Source: Flavobacteriales bacterium (lineage in GTDB: Bacteria > Pseudomonadota > Gammaproteobacteria > Pseudomonadales > Cellvibrionaceae). Taken from it: DNA of 64,000 nt. The stretch covers positions 60,697-124,696 of the forward strand of contig JBLIMQ010000002.1 in the NCBI GenBank assembly GCA_047638775.1, read 5' to 3'. Numbering within the stretch: the first letter of the stretch is position 1; each line of letters opens with the position of its first letter. Shown here piece after piece: positions 62,045 through 64,000 of this stretch. The notes under the pieces are model-generated. The model was not told the origin of the DNA, ran no database searches, and was given only the letters and a program-made list of their open reading frames with translations. Made by a program: the position numbers and the translations under genes.

Positions 62045-62338
62045 TTCGATACCCGTGCTCTCAATGAGGTCACGTTAACAGGCTAGCTCTAAGAATAATA
62101 AGCCACGATACATTGTGGCAATAATCCTGCTCTGTTAAAAACATAGCTAAAACCTAGGGTGAAAACCTTAGGTAAAACATGTGTAAATACGTAACACGTT
62201 CACTACTGTTACGACCAAGACTAAAGATAAACATATAAAAAAAAGGTTCAAACCTTTACCGAGTCAACATAGCGCTTAACCACATGCTTGGCACCCAGCA
62301 AAACTTAAAACCTACGCTGCACGGAACCTAACTTCTCT

Positions 62339-63889
62339 ATGAAAACCCTAGCCCTTAAAGCCCTATTATGTATATCTATTGCCTTGGCCGCTAATTTTGC
62401 CGCGGCTGAATCACTTAGCTTTAGCGAATGCTTAAGTTCTGACAGCTACGGGGTTGACCAATGCATGGACCAAGTAATTGCGCCCGTAACAAGCGCGATT
62501 AGCGATGTAGTCTTCTACGAAATACCAATAACAGAAGAGTTCGGCATCAAATGGATTGTGGTTTGGCTTGCGCTTGGTGCACTATTTTTTACGTTCTACT
62601 TAGGCTTTGTCCCTATTTGGGGCTTTAAACACGCTATCGATCTTGTGCGCGGAAAGTATGACGACAAAGATCACCCTGGTGAAGTGACGCACTTTCAAGC
62701 GCTAACCGCCGCACTTTCGGGCACTGTCGGCCTAGGAAACATCGCGGGTGTCGCCATAGCCATTACTATTGGCGGGCCTGGCGCCACATTTTGGATGATT
62801 TTGGCCGGCTTTTTGGGTATGAGTTCCAAGTTCGCTGAATGTACCTTAGGTGTTAAATACCGAATATTTCGCGCTGACGGCAGCGTATCGGGCGGGCCAA
62901 AATATTACTTAACGGCCGGCCTTGCCGAAAAAGGTTTCCCTGCTCTTGGTCGGATATTGGCGGTGTTTTTTGCTATTTGTTGTATTGGCGGCTCTTTGGG
63001 CGGCGGCAATATGTTTCAGGCCAACCAAGCTTTTGAAATGACCGTTTCAGCTACGGGCGGTGACGCCAGCATACTGAATGGCAAAGGTTGGCTGTTTGGT
63101 GGCGTCATTGCGATAATCGTTGCGACTGTCATTATCGGCGGTATCAAGAGTATCGCCCGCGTCACCTCCAAACTCGTACCTTTTATGGCGACAATATATG
63201 TTGTCACGGCGCTGGCCATTATTTTTGGTAATCTCACTCAAATCCCGTCTGCTTTCATGGCTATCATCAACGGGGCCATAAGCCCTGAAGGTGTTGTTGG
63301 TGGCGCTATTGGCGCGATGATTCAGGGATTCCAACGCGCAGCCTTTTCGAACGAAGCCGGCATTGGCTCAGCCTCTATTGCCCACTCCGCTGTTAAAACT
63401 AACGAGCCAGCTACAGAGGGCTTTGTTGCTTTACTTGAGCCTTTTATCGATACCGTTGTAATTTGCACTATGACCGCATTAGTCATTATCATCACTGGTA
63501 ATCACACCGGCAATGATGTGGGGCTTACCGGCGTTGCGTTAACCTCTGCGGCCTTCAGCAGTGTGTTCCCATGGTTTGAATTTATTCTAGCCGGCGCAGT
63601 AATACTCTTTGCAATCTCTACGATGTTATCGTGGTCGTACTATGGATCTATAAGCTGGGCCTTCTTATTCGGTCATTCCAAAACCGCAAGCTATAGCTAC
63701 AAGATCATATTCTGTTTGGCAATCGTACTAGGTGCGATGGCGAGCTTAAACAACGTGATGAGCTTTTCAGACTCATCAATATTTGCGATGAGTCTTGCGA
63801 ATTTAATCGGCTTGTACTTTTTAGCGCCGGATGTAAAAGCCGAAGTACGTGGTTATATGCAACGGCTAAGTCAAAAACAAAAATCGTAA
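62339..63889 (+). CDS. Sodium:alanine/glycine symporter (AGCS family)
   Basis: [43 protein letters not shown]. Confidence 0.93.
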   Translation: MKTLALKALLCISIALAANFAAAESLSFSECLSSDSYGVDQCMDQVIAPVTSAISDVVFYEIPITEEFGIKWIVVWLALGALFFTFYLGFVPIWGFKHAIDLVRGKYDDKDHPGEVTHFQALTAALSGTVGLGNIAGVAIAITIGGPGATFWMILAGFLGMSSKFAECTLGVKYRIFRADGSVSGGPKYYLTAGLAEKGFPALGRILAVFFAICCIGGSLGGGNMFQANQAFEMTVSATGGDASILNGKGWLFGGVIAIIVATVIIGGIKSIARVTSKLVPFMATIYVVTALAIIFGNLTQIPSAFMAIINGAISPEGVVGGAIGAMIQGFQRAAFSNEAGIGSASIAHSAVKTNEPATEGFVALLEPFIDTVVICTMTALVIIITGNHTGNDVGLTGVALTSAAFSSVFPWFEFILAGAVILFAISTMLSWSYYGSISWAFLFGHSKTASYSYKIIFCLAIVLGAMASLNNVMSFSDSSIFAMSLANLIGLYFLAPDVKAEVRGYMQRLSQKQKS

Positions 63890-63902
63890 GTAACATTCAA
63901 AT

Positions 63903-63926
63903 ACGACCCCAGACTATTCTGGGGTC
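63903..63926. terminator. Hairpin downstream of the symporter
   Basis: ACGACCCCAGA-CTAT-TCTGGGGTCGT; lacks a clear U-tract. Confidence 0.5.
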
Positions 63927-64000
63927 GTCGCCCACCACTCTCGCAACACCCCTCTGCATTGCCCTGACTTCCTGGTAAGAATATAAAACACATAAACTAA

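Noticed and set aside
62045-62338. tmRNA (ssrA) expected after smpB
   Set aside because: No GGGGC...GATTCGAC 5' end or TCCACCA 3' end is visible, and the gap is shorter than a typical tmRNA.

Overview
Gammaproteobacterial chromosome segment; gene order and sequence suggest a marine Cellvibrionales/Pseudomonadales-like organism (inference). Two conserved housekeeping blocks flank one accessory region. Left block: thiL(partial)-nusB-ribH-ribBX-ribE-ribD-nrdR, epmA-efp/epmB, fimW-fimX, a GT1 glycosyltransferase, serB, a YtjB-like protein, smrA-ppnN, greA-carB-carA. Right block: dapB-dnaJ-dnaK-grpE, recN, fur/bamE, ratB-ratA/smpB, an Na+/alanine symporter. Between dapB and carA, which are normally adjacent, sits a ~27-kb three-gene trans-AT polyketide cluster: an ABC exporter, a single 8,001-aa megasynthase and a stand-alone malonyl-AT. 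Motif reading gives the megasynthase this architecture: [AprA/BryX-type Fe-dependent MT1-pseudoGNAT-MT2]-ACP-ACP-KS-DH-KR-ACP-KS-DH-KR-ACP-KS-KR-ACP-ACP-[DUF2156/MprF-like + PLP tryptophanase-fold lyase, i.e. a leinamycin-type DUF-SH sulfur-installing didomain]-KS-PCP-[epimerase-like terminal domain]. It has no TE, no A domain and no beta-branching cassette. I do not recognise this combination (probable t-butyl starter plus C-S bond/thiol installation plus unusual release) from any characterised pathway, and it is the main discovery candidate. The window also contains many short tandem micro-duplications, both intergenic and in-frame. Domain boundaries are approximate and were read by eye; no database searches were run.
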